Source of the DNA: an uncultured Clostridia bacterium
GTDB taxonomy: Bacteria; Bacillota; Clostridia; Christensenellales; Borkfalkiaceae
Direction of reading: 5' to 3'
Assembly: GCA_964513195.1 (NCBI GenBank)
Contig: CAZELQ010000001.1
Span: 1,990-65,989 of the forward strand
DNA length: 64,000 bases
Shown: one piece after another, positions 8,252 to 17,996 of the stretch
Numbering within the stretch: position 1 is the stretch's first letter
Layout of the letters: every line of letters begins with the position of its first letter
Notes under the pieces: generated by a model
The model's database searches: none
What the model saw: the letters and a program-made list of their open reading frames with translations, nothing else
What the model was told of the DNA's origin: nothing
Translations under genes and position numbers: made by a program

Positions 8252-9982
8252 ATGGCCGATATAACTAACATAAAAAATTTGAACGTTGCAGAGCTTGAGG
8301 AGCTTTGCGAGGAGCTTAGAAAAAAGATTATTTCCACCGTAATGAAGAACGGAGGTCATCTTTCTTCCAATCTCGGAGTAATAGAGCTGAGCGTGGCTCT
8401 GCATTACGTTTTCGATTTCCCTACCGATAAATTGATTTTCGACGTAGGTCACCAGTGCTATGCCCATAAATTACTTTCGGGCAGGGGCGACAGGTTCGAT
8501 ACCATAAGGTGCCGCGGCGGACTCTCCGGTTTTCCCAAAAAGGAAGAGAGCGAATACGACTCATATAACACCGGTCACGCAGGCACGTCCGTTTCCGCGG
8601 CGCTCGGTATGGCCAAGGCGAGAGATATAAAGGGCGAAGATTTTAACGTAATCTGTATGATAGGCGACGGGTCGTTTAACAACGGACTCGTCTACGAAGC
8701 CTTTAACAGTGTGCGTACGCTCAACAGCCGAATACTGATTATCTTAAACGACAACGGTATGTCTATATCGCCTACGGTCGGAAGCATGCACGAGTATTTG
8801 GAAAAGCTCAGCCGTGACTACGCGCACAAGGCAAAGACGGAACGCCACGCGGATATTTTTGAAAAATTCGGACTTTTATACGACGGAGTGTACGACGGCA
8901 ACGACCTCGGCGAAATGATTGAAAAGCTTACCGAGGTTAAAGAGAAGCTTAAAACCCGCTCGGTAATCCTGCATGTGCTTACCAAAAAGGGCAAGGGCTA
9001 CGCTTTTTGCGAGGAAAATCCCCAACAGACTCACGGCATAAGCGGCGAAGAAAAGCCGGTAGGGCGTTCCTATTCCGCGGCGTTCGGCAAAGCGTTGGAG
9101 AAAGTGGCACAAAGGGATGAAAAGGTGGTGGCGGTAACCGCCGCTATGACGCCAAGTTTAGGACTTTCTCCGTTCTTTGAGAAGTTTCCGCAGAGGTCCA
9201 TTGACGTCGGCATTTGTGAAGAGCACGCGGTAATTCTGGCCGCGGCCCTCGCCTCTCAGGGTATGAAACCCTATTACGCCGTCTATTCGACCTTTTTACA
9301 GCGCTCGATAGACGAAATAATGATAGACGTATGCAGCCAGAATCTGCCCGTTACCTTCTGCGTCGACAGGGCGGGAATTTCAGGCGAGGACGGCGAAACG
9401 CATCAGGGTGTATTCGATATTTCCTTTTTGTCAATGATTCCCAATATAACCATCGCCGTGCCGAAAGACGTAAACGAACTCACGGCAATGGTTGAGGAAA
9501 GCGCCGCTTTCAACGCTCCGCTTGCTATCAGATACCCGAAAGATTGTAGGACCGTCTTTAAAACGGAAAAAAATAAAAACGTTTTGACCGAATGGGAATA
9601 TTTGGAAAAAGGAGACGGCAAGGTCGCGATTTTTGCGTGCGGCGAGAGAACTTTAAGTATTGCGTACAAGGTAAACGAAGGGTTGCAGGCTCACGGCATA
9701 ACGGCCGCAATAATTAACGCAAGGGTTGTCAAACCTTTAGACGAAGCGGTTTTAAGCAATCTCGGAGAAAATATTATAATAACCTTGGAAGATAACCAAC
9801 TTATAGGCGGCTTCGGCAGTCTGGTTGCCAACCGTTTTGCCGCCGATAGGGAAAAGATCGTAAAGTGCTTCGGCTACGGCGATAAATTTATTCCTCACGG
9901 CACGGTTGACGAACTGATGGAAGAATTCGGATTGAATGCGGAGGAAATAGCCGGTTACATAGTAAAAATCGCCGGCAAATAA
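8252..9982 (+). CDS. dxs: 1-deoxy-D-xylulose-5-phosphate synthase
   Basis: GGHLSSNLGVIELSVALH, GDGSFNNG (TPP binding), and transketolase-like C-terminal domains. At 576 aa it is somewhat short for Dxs. Confidence 0.92.
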   Translation: MADITNIKNLNVAELEELCEELRKKIISTVMKNGGHLSSNLGVIELSVALHYVFDFPTDKLIFDVGHQCYAHKLLSGRGDRFDTIRCRGGLSGFPKKEESEYDSYNTGHAGTSVSAALGMAKARDIKGEDFNVICMIGDGSFNNGLVYEAFNSVRTLNSRILIILNDNGMSISPTVGSMHEYLEKLSRDYAHKAKTERHADIFEKFGLLYDGVYDGNDLGEMIEKLTEVKEKLKTRSVILHVLTKKGKGYAFCEENPQQTHGISGEEKPVGRSYSAAFGKALEKVAQRDEKVVAVTAAMTPSLGLSPFFEKFPQRSIDVGICEEHAVILAAALASQGMKPYYAVYSTFLQRSIDEIMIDVCSQNLPVTFCVDRAGISGEDGETHQGVFDISFLSMIPNITIAVPKDVNELTAMVEESAAFNAPLAIRYPKDCRTVFKTEKNKNVLTEWEYLEKGDGKVAIFACGERTLSIAYKVNEGLQAHGITAAIINARVVKPLDEAVLSNLGENIIITLEDNQLIGGFGSLVANRFAADREKIVKCFGYGDKFIPHGTVDELMEEFGLNAEEIAGYIVKIAGK

Positions 9983-10017
9983 AATAACTGTTTTTTTGTT
10001 TAAATATTTAAGAAAAT

Positions 10018-10058
10018 AAATAAGTACGTTAAATTATAAAAATTTAGCGTACTTATTT
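10018..10058 (+). terminator. Hairpin after dxs (11-bp stem, large AT loop)
   Basis: AAATAAGTACG (10018-10028) pairs with CGTACTTATTT (10048-10058). The T-tract is weak, and the hairpin overlaps the -35 of the next promoter. Confidence 0.45.
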
Positions 10059-10085
10059 GCATATTTGAATAAAAGGTAGTATAAT
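10057..10085 (+). promoter_or_regulatory. SigA-type promoter directly abutting the nadK start
   Basis: TTGCAT (10057-10062), 17 nt, TATAAT (10080-10085). ATG codons lie at 10087 and 10093. Confidence 0.45.
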
Positions 10086-10086
10086 T

Positions 10087-10902
10087 ATGCATATGAATGT
10101 GGGCGTGTACGTAAACGCGAAATATGTTACCGGACCTGAACCCCTTGAAACGATTGTCGGCGAGCTGAAAAATAAGGGTATTCCTTGCGTGTCGGTCGTC
10201 GACCCGTCCGTTATCGGAACGTTGGACGTTCTCTTGGTTCTCGGCGGCGACGGCACAATTTTGAACGTTGCCTCCGAATGTGCCCTGCACGGCGTCAGAA
10301 TTCTCGGCATAAACTGCGGGCATATGGGTTTTCTGGCCGATTTCGAAAGCGACCAACTGAAAGAAGCGCTAAACCTGGTTATAAGCGGAAATTACAAGAC
10401 CGTTTGCAGGAGTATGCTCGAAGTTAGCTACGGCGCGGCAACCTATTATGCGCTCAACGAAGCGGTGATTCAGCGTTGTACCTCGGGCAACTCTTTCACC
10501 AATACGGTAAATCTGCATGCGGAAATCGACGGTACTACAGTTGATAATTTTTCTTCCGACGGACTGATTATCAGTACGCCGACCGGTTCTACTGCATATT
10601 CTCTGTCGGCCGGCGGCTCTATTTTAACGCCCGATTTAAACGCTTTTATAATGACGCCCATTTGTCCGCATACTCTTCATTCGCGTCCCATCGTATTCAG
10701 CGACAGCGCGACGGTAAGCGTCAACCAAACGGAAAAAAGCTCCGTTCTAAATCTGATTATAGACGGACGGGTGGTAGAGACGGTGGACGGAAACGGGCCG
10801 ATAATCATTAAAAAGGCCGCGCATTCCCTTGAATTTATTGCACTTGACAAAAATAACTTTTTTGAAAAATTACTTATAAAATTAAACATTTGGAGTAAAT
10901 GA
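10087..10902 (+). CDS. nadK: NAD kinase
   Basis: GGDGTIL motif, NEAVI, STPTGSTAYSLSAGG. The start may be ATG 10093 instead. Confidence 0.9.
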   Translation: MHMNVGVYVNAKYVTGPEPLETIVGELKNKGIPCVSVVDPSVIGTLDVLLVLGGDGTILNVASECALHGVRILGINCGHMGFLADFESDQLKEALNLVISGNYKTVCRSMLEVSYGAATYYALNEAVIQRCTSGNSFTNTVNLHAEIDGTTVDNFSSDGLIISTPTGSTAYSLSAGGSILTPDLNAFIMTPICPHTLHSRPIVFSDSATVSVNQTEKSSVLNLIIDGRVVETVDGNGPIIIKKAAHSLEFIALDKNNFFEKLLIKLNIWSK

Positions 10903-11354
10903 TGCACAGAAACGCAAGACAGGCTATGATACTTGAAATTATAGCACAGCAGGACATTGAGACGCAGGAGGAGCTCTGCGCCGAACTAATCAAGCGTAAC
11001 TTTAACGTTACTCAGGCCACGGTTTCCCGCGACATTAAAGATTTAAAGCTGTATAAGGTTGCGGGAACTACCAAAAAGTATAAGTATGCATATATCGAGG
11101 GAGACGGGGACGCCGTAAACAATAAGATGCGCAACCTTTTCCGCGAGTGCGTGCAAAGCGTCAACGCCGCCAATAACCTCATTGTAATAAAGACTATGAG
11201 GGGCAACGGCTCTACCGCGGGCGCATTTATCGATATGCTTCAATATAAGGAAATTATAGGAACGGTCGCCGGTGACGACACCGTTTTAATAGTTGTTGAC
11301 AGCAACGAAAATACTCAGGAAGTAGTTTCCCGTCTGAGAGAATACATAAAATAA
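10899..11354 (+). CDS. argR: Arginine repressor
   Basis: N-terminal winged helix (QEELCAELIKRNFNVTQATVSRDIKDL) and a C-terminal oligomerisation domain (GTVAGDDTVLIV). Confidence 0.9.
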   Translation: MMHRNARQAMILEIIAQQDIETQEELCAELIKRNFNVTQATVSRDIKDLKLYKVAGTTKKYKYAYIEGDGDAVNNKMRNLFRECVQSVNAANNLIVIKTMRGNGSTAGAFIDMLQYKEIIGTVAGDDTVLIVVDSNENTQEVVSRLREYIK

Positions 11355-13036
11355 TGCTGGAAAAACTTGTCATAAAGAACATCGCGCTGATCGAAAAAGC
11401 CGAAATAAATTTTGACCGCGGTCTTAACGTTCTTTCGGGCGAAACGGGTTCGGGTAAATCCATCATACTCGATTCGCTCAATTTTGCGCTCGGTTCCAAG
11501 GCCGACAAAACGATGATAAGGTACGGAGCGGAAGAAGCGGTAGTTACCGCGGAATTTTCGGTCGATGAAAACAGCGGCGCGAATAAGATACTTGCAGAGT
11601 TTGATATCGAGCCCGAAGATACGATAATCATTTCCCGTAAATTTACGGTCGAAGGTAAGAGCAGCATCAAAATAAACGGAAATGCCGCAACCGCAACCAT
11701 GTTAAAAAAAGTTGCCTCACATTTGGTCGACGTTCACGGCCAAAGCGAGCACTTTTTTCTTTTAAGCGAGACCAACCAGCTCAACGTTGTGGATTCGCTT
11801 TGCGGCGATGAGCTTGTATCTTACAAAAATTCATTAAACAGGCTTTTACTCGAGAAAAAGGAATATAAAAGACGTATTGCAGAGCTCGGCGGCAGCGAGC
11901 AGGAACGGGCGCAGATACTTGACCTGTTGTCATACCAGATTAACGAAATAGAGGCTGCCGACATCAAAATCGGCGAATTGCAGGAGCTCAAAGCCAAGAA
12001 GAAGTTGTTCGATAACTACGAAAAAATATACGCGGCTATCGGCGCTATCGAAGAAATATTGAGCGGCGATAACGGCTGCAACGACCTTATTTCACTTGCC
12101 TTGCGGCAGGCCGCGCAGATTTCCGAGCTCGGCGACGAGTATTCGGAATTATATAACCGTCTTGAAAATCTTTCCGTTGAAGCCGACGATATTCGGGAAA
12201 CCGTATCCGATTTGCTGGAAAGCTTCGCTTATGACGAGGAAGAGGCAAAGGCGGTCGACGCCCGCTTGGATTTGATTAAAGGTCTTTCACGGAAATACGG
12301 CGGCGACGAGGAAGAGATTCTGAATTTTTTGCAGGGCGCAAAACGTAGGTATGACGCTCTAAGCGACGCCTCGGCCGAATCGGAGAAATTGCTCAAAAAA
12401 ATCGCCGAAGCCGACAAGAACGTTTTCGCTATTTGTAAAAAAATCTCGGACCTCAGGAAAACGGCCTGCGTGCAATTTTGCGACGGAGTAGAGGCGCAGC
12501 TGAAAACGTTGAATATTCCAAATGCGAAATTCTACGTGGAGTTTGCACCCTATGACGGGAATTGCGTTGACGTCGTCACGCCGAACGGCGCAGATAAAAT
12601 TTGCTTTATGTTTTCTGCCAACAAGGGCGAACCCGCCAAACCGTTGAGTAAGGTTATAAGCGGCGGCGAAATGAGCAGATTTATGCTGGCTGTAAAAACG
12701 CAGTTAAAGGAAATCAACGGTATTTCAACTTACGTTTTTGACGAAATCGACGCGGGAATCAGCGGCATAACCGCAAAATCCGTTGCGGAAAAGTTCGTCT
12801 TGATAAGTAAGGAAACGCAGATAATCGCCGTTTCGCATCTTCCTCAAGTATGCGCGGCGGCTTCGGCGCAATTTTTGATATCGAAACACGATACGACGGA
12901 CCTTAAGACGATAACCGAAATAAGGCACCTTAACCGCGACGAGAGAATAGCGGAGCTGATTCGCTTGACGGGCGGAGAGGCTACCGAGGCCGCAAAATCG
13001 CACGCCGACGAACTTTTGTCGATATACGGTAATTAA
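11354..13036 (+). CDS. recN: DNA repair protein RecN
   Basis: Walker A GETGSGKS, a long coiled coil, a C-terminal signature region (SGGEMSRFMLA) and Walker B (VFDEIDAG). Confidence 0.93.
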   Translation: MLEKLVIKNIALIEKAEINFDRGLNVLSGETGSGKSIILDSLNFALGSKADKTMIRYGAEEAVVTAEFSVDENSGANKILAEFDIEPEDTIIISRKFTVEGKSSIKINGNAATATMLKKVASHLVDVHGQSEHFFLLSETNQLNVVDSLCGDELVSYKNSLNRLLLEKKEYKRRIAELGGSEQERAQILDLLSYQINEIEAADIKIGELQELKAKKKLFDNYEKIYAAIGAIEEILSGDNGCNDLISLALRQAAQISELGDEYSELYNRLENLSVEADDIRETVSDLLESFAYDEEEAKAVDARLDLIKGLSRKYGGDEEEILNFLQGAKRRYDALSDASAESEKLLKKIAEADKNVFAICKKISDLRKTACVQFCDGVEAQLKTLNIPNAKFYVEFAPYDGNCVDVVTPNGADKICFMFSANKGEPAKPLSKVISGGEMSRFMLAVKTQLKEINGISTYVFDEIDAGISGITAKSVAEKFVLISKETQIIAVSHLPQVCAAASAQFLISKHDTTDLKTITEIRHLNRDERIAELIRLTGGEATEAAKSHADELLSIYGN

Positions 13037-13052
13037 AGCCGACCTATAAAAC

Positions 13053-13082
13053 TGAATAAATTAAATATAACTGCCCACAATA
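13053..13082 (+). promoter_or_regulatory. Candidate forespore (SigG/SigF-type) promoter for spoIVB
   Basis: TGAATA (13053-13058), 17 nt, CACAATA (13076-13082), compared from memory with GHATR / CATXHTA. It is only 5 nt from the ATG and no SD is visible. Confidence 0.3.
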
Positions 13083-13087
13083 TCTTT

Positions 13088-14107
13088 ATGCTTTTGTTTA
13101 AAAGGTTATTAAAAGGTTTGTCGGGCATTATTTTTGCCCTTGCGATAATATTGAATTTCAATGCCGTGCCCGTATTTGCCGCAAACGGCGGCGATTACCT
13201 GTATCTCGGCGGTTTTCCGGCAGGCTTTGTTCTCAATACAAAAAACGTAGAGGTAATTGGTACCTGCGATATTCTTACGGACGCAGGCGCCGTGTGTCCG
13301 GCAAGAGAGGTCGGAATTAAGAGCGGTGATATTATAGATAACGTTAACGGCGTAAAAATCGAGTCTGCGGCCGACCTGACAAAGTTATTGAACGAGGATT
13401 TTGCCGAATACAAGCTAGGCGTAAAGAGAAACAACGAGACGCTCGATATTAAAATCGAGCCTATCAAAGACAAGAGCAGCGGCAAAAAGCGCTTTGGACT
13501 TCTTGTAAAAGATTGCATAAACGGTATAGGCACCGTAACCTATATAGATAAGGAAAATAATAAATTCGGTTCGCTCGGACATCCGGTTACCGACGCCGAG
13601 GGTAATCTGATACCAATAAACGGCGGAACGCTTTACGGCTGCAATATTTACGATATCAAAAAGGGATTGAGGGGCAATCCGGGCGAGCTTAAAGGTATAT
13701 TCGACAACTCCAAAATGATGGGAGTAATTTATTCAAATACGCCTTGCGGCATTTTCGGCAATATTTCAAGCGAATACGATACGAGCGGGCTGAAAAAAAT
13801 AAAGGCAGGCAGCGCCGAAGAAGCGGTAATCGGCAAGGCAACCATATATTCGACCCTGCACGGCGACCGTTGCGATGAATACGAAGTGAGCATCGTCAAA
13901 GTCGATAAAACAAATAAGGACAACAGAAACTTCGTAATAAAAATCAACGATAATAGGATTATCGAGAATGCGGGCGGAATAGTGCAGGGAATGAGCGGAA
14001 GCCCGATAGTGCAAAACGGAAAGCTGATAGGAGCGGTAACCCATGTATTCGTAAACGACCCGACGAGGGGATACGGAATTTCTTTGGACTGCATGACAAA
14101 TTCATAA
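13088..14107 (+). CDS. spoIVB: SpoIVB signalling serine peptidase (S55)
   Basis: Signal anchor, PDZ-like region (GIKSGDIIDNVNGVKI), GTVTYIDKENNKFGSLGH and GMSGSPIVQNGKLIGAVTHVFVNDPTRGYGI. Confidence 0.88.
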   Translation: MLLFKRLLKGLSGIIFALAIILNFNAVPVFAANGGDYLYLGGFPAGFVLNTKNVEVIGTCDILTDAGAVCPAREVGIKSGDIIDNVNGVKIESAADLTKLLNEDFAEYKLGVKRNNETLDIKIEPIKDKSSGKKRFGLLVKDCINGIGTVTYIDKENNKFGSLGHPVTDAEGNLIPINGGTLYGCNIYDIKKGLRGNPGELKGIFDNSKMMGVIYSNTPCGIFGNISSEYDTSGLKKIKAGSAEEAVIGKATIYSTLHGDRCDEYEVSIVKVDKTNKDNRNFVIKINDNRIIENAGGIVQGMSGSPIVQNGKLIGAVTHVFVNDPTRGYGISLDCMTNS

Positions 14108-14117
14108 ATATGTTTCC

Positions 14118-14145
14118 AATCCTCATATAATTGTATATGAGGATT
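14118..14145 (+). terminator. Perfect 12-bp hairpin after spoIVB
   Basis: Stem AATCCTCATATA, loop ATTG, stem TATATGAGGATT, then TCAAAATTT. The right arm contains the ATG (14137) of the next ORF. Confidence 0.55.
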
Positions 14146-14679
14146 TCAAAATTTAAAAAGCTGAAATGGGACAAAAGATTTTTAATCGCATATCTTTGTG
14201 TGTTAGTTTTAGCTATTATATCTGGCATAGTACTATTCAAAATCGGAAGTATAAGCACTTACGTCTACAATTTTGCCGATAATTATGTTTTTTACATATT
14301 CGATTTTCAGAACGGTAAACTGTTCGTTTCCCATATTCTCACCGAAATTTTCTATCTTTACGTCGCGTTTGTAATCGCTTATTTTACCAAGCTGCGCTTT
14401 CTCTGCGTTGCGGTAATGTTCGTAAGGACGGTATTCGTAGTTTTATACACGGCGATTTTACTTTCGTTTTTCGGAGCGGAGGGAATTATTATAGCCCTTT
14501 TGGTTTTATTGCCGACGTTTTGCGTTTCCTTTATATTTTTTATCTTTATTTCAGAGCAATGCAAAATATTTACGGCGCCGTTTGTCTTTATAATTCCCGC
14601 AATTTTGGCGCTTTTGAATACGGTAATCTTTCTCTTTTCGGTCAACGTATTATTCAGAGTTATCGTAGTGATAGTATAA
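14137..14679 (+). CDS. Hypothetical polytopic membrane protein
   Basis: About 180 aa with about five hydrophobic helices and no motif I can name. It lies where Bacillus has spo0A downstream of spoIVB. Confidence 0.5.
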   Translation: MRISKFKKLKWDKRFLIAYLCVLVLAIISGIVLFKIGSISTYVYNFADNYVFYIFDFQNGKLFVSHILTEIFYLYVAFVIAYFTKLRFLCVAVMFVRTVFVVLYTAILLSFFGAEGIIIALLVLLPTFCVSFIFFIFISEQCKIFTAPFVFIIPAILALLNTVIFLFSVNVLFRVIVVIV

Positions 14680-14707
14680 TTAGCCGAAATCGTTGCAAAA
14701 TAATCGT

Positions 14708-15877
14708 ATGAAGAAATTATTTACGGCAATTACTATGGCGGCAGTAGCCGCTTTAACCTCGATAGGCTGTGTTCCGACCTGCTTTGCCGCCCCGGAAGCG
14801 CCCAAGCTTACGACGGGCTGCAAGAGTGCATATATGTGCAACGCCGGCGGAGGAACTCCGGAATGTATTTACAGTGAAAACGAAACGGCGAGAATGCCGA
14901 TTGCAAGCGTTTGTAAGGTTATGACGCTGAATTTATGCTTCGAGGCTATAGACGGGGGAAAGCTTTCGCTTGACGACAAAGTTACCGCAAGCGAGAGGGC
15001 CGCGGGAATGGGCGGCTCTCAGGTATTTTTGCAGGCGGGCCTAACCTATACGGTTTCCGATTTAATCAAAAGCATAGTCGTTTGCTCCGCAAACGACAGC
15101 TGTGTGGCCATGTCCGAAAAGATAGGCGGAAGCGAAGAGGCGTTCGTTAAGAGAATGAACGACAGAGCCGTGGAGATGGGTTGTAACGACACGTTATTTG
15201 CAAACTGCACGGGTCTACCTAAGGAAACGCAATATTCCTGCGCCAAGGACGTAGCCGTAATGTTCTCCGAGCTTATCGGGCACGAGGACTACTTCAAGTA
15301 CAGTAAGATTTGGTTGGAGGACTTTGCCCATCCGGACGACAGGACAATTTCGATTACCAACACGAATAAGCTTATAAAACGTTATTCGGCATGTGACGGA
15401 GGTAAGACCGGCTTTACCAATCAGGCCGGTTTCTGTCTGGCTTCGACGGCTGTTAAAAACAATCTGAGATTGGTTTCGGTAGTTCTCGGCGCCGATACGA
15501 GCGATAACCGCTTTAAGTCGGCAACCGATTTGTTTGAATACGGTTTCGCTAATTATAAAAATAAGATTGTGCTCGATAAAGACGTAAACCTCAACGACAA
15601 GCTGGCTGTTAAAGGCGGCAAAAAGGAGGAAATATGCGTTAAGCCGTCAAGGAACAGCTACGTATTTTGCGCAAACAACGCAAACCCCGCGATAACGAGA
15701 AACGTAACTTTATTCGACGTATGCGCACCCGTGCAGAAGAACGACGTTGTAGGAAAAATTGAGATATTCAAGGACGGAATTATCTGCGATACGGCGGACG
15801 TTGTGGCGGCGGAGAATGCCGAAAAAGCCTCTTTCGGCGACAATTTCAAAAAAATTGCCCGTAATTGGACTTTGTAA
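14708..15877 (+). CDS. D-alanyl-D-alanine carboxypeptidase (S11, PBP5 type)
   Basis: Start at MKKLFTAI with a signal peptide. It has SVCK (SxxK), SANDS (SxN) and KTGFT (KTG), plus a C-terminal beta-sandwich domain. Confidence 0.88.
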   Translation: MKKLFTAITMAAVAALTSIGCVPTCFAAPEAPKLTTGCKSAYMCNAGGGTPECIYSENETARMPIASVCKVMTLNLCFEAIDGGKLSLDDKVTASERAAGMGGSQVFLQAGLTYTVSDLIKSIVVCSANDSCVAMSEKIGGSEEAFVKRMNDRAVEMGCNDTLFANCTGLPKETQYSCAKDVAVMFSELIGHEDYFKYSKIWLEDFAHPDDRTISITNTNKLIKRYSACDGGKTGFTNQAGFCLASTAVKNNLRLVSVVLGADTSDNRFKSATDLFEYGFANYKNKIVLDKDVNLNDKLAVKGGKKEEICVKPSRNSYVFCANNANPAITRNVTLFDVCAPVQKNDVVGKIEIFKDGIICDTADVVAAENAEKASFGDNFKKIARNWTL

Positions 15878-15900
15878 GGCCTAAACTTCCGACTATATAT

Positions 15901-15929
15901 TTGACTAATTCAAAGACCTTTGCTAAAAT
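15901..15929 (+). promoter_or_regulatory. SigA-type promoter for lysA
   Basis: TTGACT (15901-15906), 17 nt, TAAAAT (15924-15929). Confidence 0.5.
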
Positions 15930-15962
15930 AATTATATAATTATTTTTACGAGGTCTTTTTTT

Positions 15963-17288
15963 ATGAACGCGAGAGATAGCTTAGGCGTTAACCCGGACGG
16001 ACATCTGCAGATCGGCGGCTGCGACGCCGTCGAATTGGCGGAAAAGTTCGGCACTCCGTTATACGTATTCGACGAGAGCTATATTCGCTCCATGATGCGC
16101 GTTTATAAACGGACCATCGAAAAAGAATACGGCGGACACGGCAACGTTTTATACGCCTCGAAGGCTTTTTCCTGTCTTGCGATGTATAGAATTGCCCAAC
16201 AAGAAAACATTGGCTGCGACGCCGTTTCGGGCGGCGAGCTCTACACGGCGTTAAAGGCGGGCTTCGACGCGTCTGAAATTTACGTGCACGGCAACAACAA
16301 GAGCGCGGAAGAGCTGACTATGTCCGTTAAGGCCGGCGTGGGCGCGGTAGTAATCGACTCTTACCGCGAGGCTGAGCTTCTGAACGACGTCGCCGCGAGC
16401 TTCGGCGTAAAGCAGAAAGTTTTAATCAGGGTAAATCCCGGAGTAGAGGCGCATACGCACGCTTTCGTTCAGACGGCGAGAACCGACTCCAAGTTCGGCT
16501 TTTCGATTAACGACGGCGCCGCCCTCGAATATACCAAGCACGTTTTATCGATGGAAAACCTCGACCTTAAGGGCTATCATTGTCATATAGGTTCCCAGAT
16601 TTTCGGGAAGCAGTCTTTTGTACTTGCCGCGCAAAAGATGATGAAGTTCATTTGCGAAATCAAAGAAAAGACTTCGTTTGAAGCGGAAATTCTAAATATG
16701 GGCGGCGGTTTCGGCATACATTATACGGACGACGACCCCAAGCTACGGCTTTCAGATTATGCCGAATATTTAACGGCAATGATTGTTACGATAAAGGAAG
16801 AGGCCAAAGCGCTTAACCTGACGCTTCCCTATCTTTTAATCGAACCCGGAAGGTCGATAGTCGGCGAGGCCGGCATAACCCTATATACGGCGGGTTCCGT
16901 AAAGGACATACCCGGCATAAGAAAATATATCGCCGTTGACGGCGGAATGTTCGAAAATCCGAGATACGCGCTATATCAGTCCAAGTACGAAGCCGTTAAG
17001 GCTTCCGACGTAAACGCGCCCAAAACGCAAAAAGTAAGTCTTGCGGGCAAGTGCTGTGAGAGCGGGGATTTAATCGGCGTAGACATGCCGATGCCCGATA
17101 TTGAGAGCGGAGATATAATCGCGGTATTTTCCACGGGCGCTTACCATTATTCCATGGCGAGCAACTATAACAGAAATTTCATACCGCAAGCCGTGCTCGT
17201 CACCGGCGGCAAAGCCGAAACTATAATAAAAAAACAAACCTACGAGGACCTAGTCAGGAACGACGCGATCCCCGAAAGTTTAAAATAA
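15963..17288 (+). CDS. lysA: Diaminopimelate decarboxylase
   Basis: YASKAFS (PLP lysine), HCHIGSQI, GGGFGI and CESGD are typical of LysA. Confidence 0.93.
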   Translation: MNARDSLGVNPDGHLQIGGCDAVELAEKFGTPLYVFDESYIRSMMRVYKRTIEKEYGGHGNVLYASKAFSCLAMYRIAQQENIGCDAVSGGELYTALKAGFDASEIYVHGNNKSAEELTMSVKAGVGAVVIDSYREAELLNDVAASFGVKQKVLIRVNPGVEAHTHAFVQTARTDSKFGFSINDGAALEYTKHVLSMENLDLKGYHCHIGSQIFGKQSFVLAAQKMMKFICEIKEKTSFEAEILNMGGGFGIHYTDDDPKLRLSDYAEYLTAMIVTIKEEAKALNLTLPYLLIEPGRSIVGEAGITLYTAGSVKDIPGIRKYIAVDGGMFENPRYALYQSKYEAVKASDVNAPKTQKVSLAGKCCESGDLIGVDMPMPDIESGDIIAVFSTGAYHYSMASNYNRNFIPQAVLVTGGKAETIIKKQTYEDLVRNDAIPESLK

Positions 17289-17291
17289 AGA

Positions 17292-17996
17292 ATGGATTAT
17301 GTAATTGAAATAATTGCCAGACTGATTGCCGTTGTCTGCGTCTTTGCGCCACATGAATTCGCGCATGCCTACGTCGCATATAAAAACGGCGACCCGACGG
17401 CAAAAATTAACGGCAGAATGACGCTGAACCCGTTGAAGCACATTGATCCGACGGGATTTATTCTGTGCGCGCTGGTCGGCTTCGGTTGGGCAAAACCCGT
17501 ACCCATTGACCCTTACAACTTCAGAAAGTACAAAAAAGGCATGTTTACTACTGCCGTCGCGGGCGTTATAGTAAACTACATTATTGCCTTTATCGCATAT
17601 TTATTGCTGATGTTGGTCGGCAGATTTCTGTTCGCATTCTCATTGCAGAGTACGGTTACCGGCTACATCGTATATTTTCTGGAGACAACATTTTATCTCG
17701 TTTTTGCGTACAGTCTCTATTCTTTCGTGTTCAACCTCTTGCCTCTTAATCCTTTGGACGGATTCAGGGTGGTACAGGCCTTGACGAGAGAGGTAAACCC
17801 CGTACACAAATTTTTGAAAGAATACGGCCAGATGATTCTGATTATTCTTATTGCAGAAAGTTTCATCTGCAATATTGCCTCCGCATACTTGCCTATATTC
17901 GATTACTTCAATATTCTCGGCTACGTCGGCTGGTTTGCGCAAAATATTATCGGGTACCCCATTAAAGCTGCTTGGGGCTGGATTTTAACGGTATGA
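17292..17996 (+). CDS. Site-2 protease family (M50) membrane metalloprotease
   Basis: HEFAHAY (HExxH) in the first TM region and NLLPLNPLDG downstream; multi-TM. Confidence 0.8.
   Translation: MDYVIEIIARLIAVVCVFAPHEFAHAYVAYKNGDPTAKINGRMTLNPLKHIDPTGFILCALVGFGWAKPVPIDPYNFRKYKKGMFTTAVAGVIVNYIIAFIAYLLLMLVGRFLFAFSLQSTVTGYIVYFLETTFYLVFAYSLYSFVFNLLPLNPLDGFRVVQALTREVNPVHKFLKEYGQMILIILIAESFICNIASAYLPIFDYFNILGYVGWFAQNIIGYPIKAAWGWILTV

Noticed and set aside
14137-14679. Calling the membrane protein after spoIVB SpoIIM.
   Set aside because: The size and multi-TM character are compatible, but I cannot see the conserved SpoIIM/DUF95 motifs. The call would rest on context alone.
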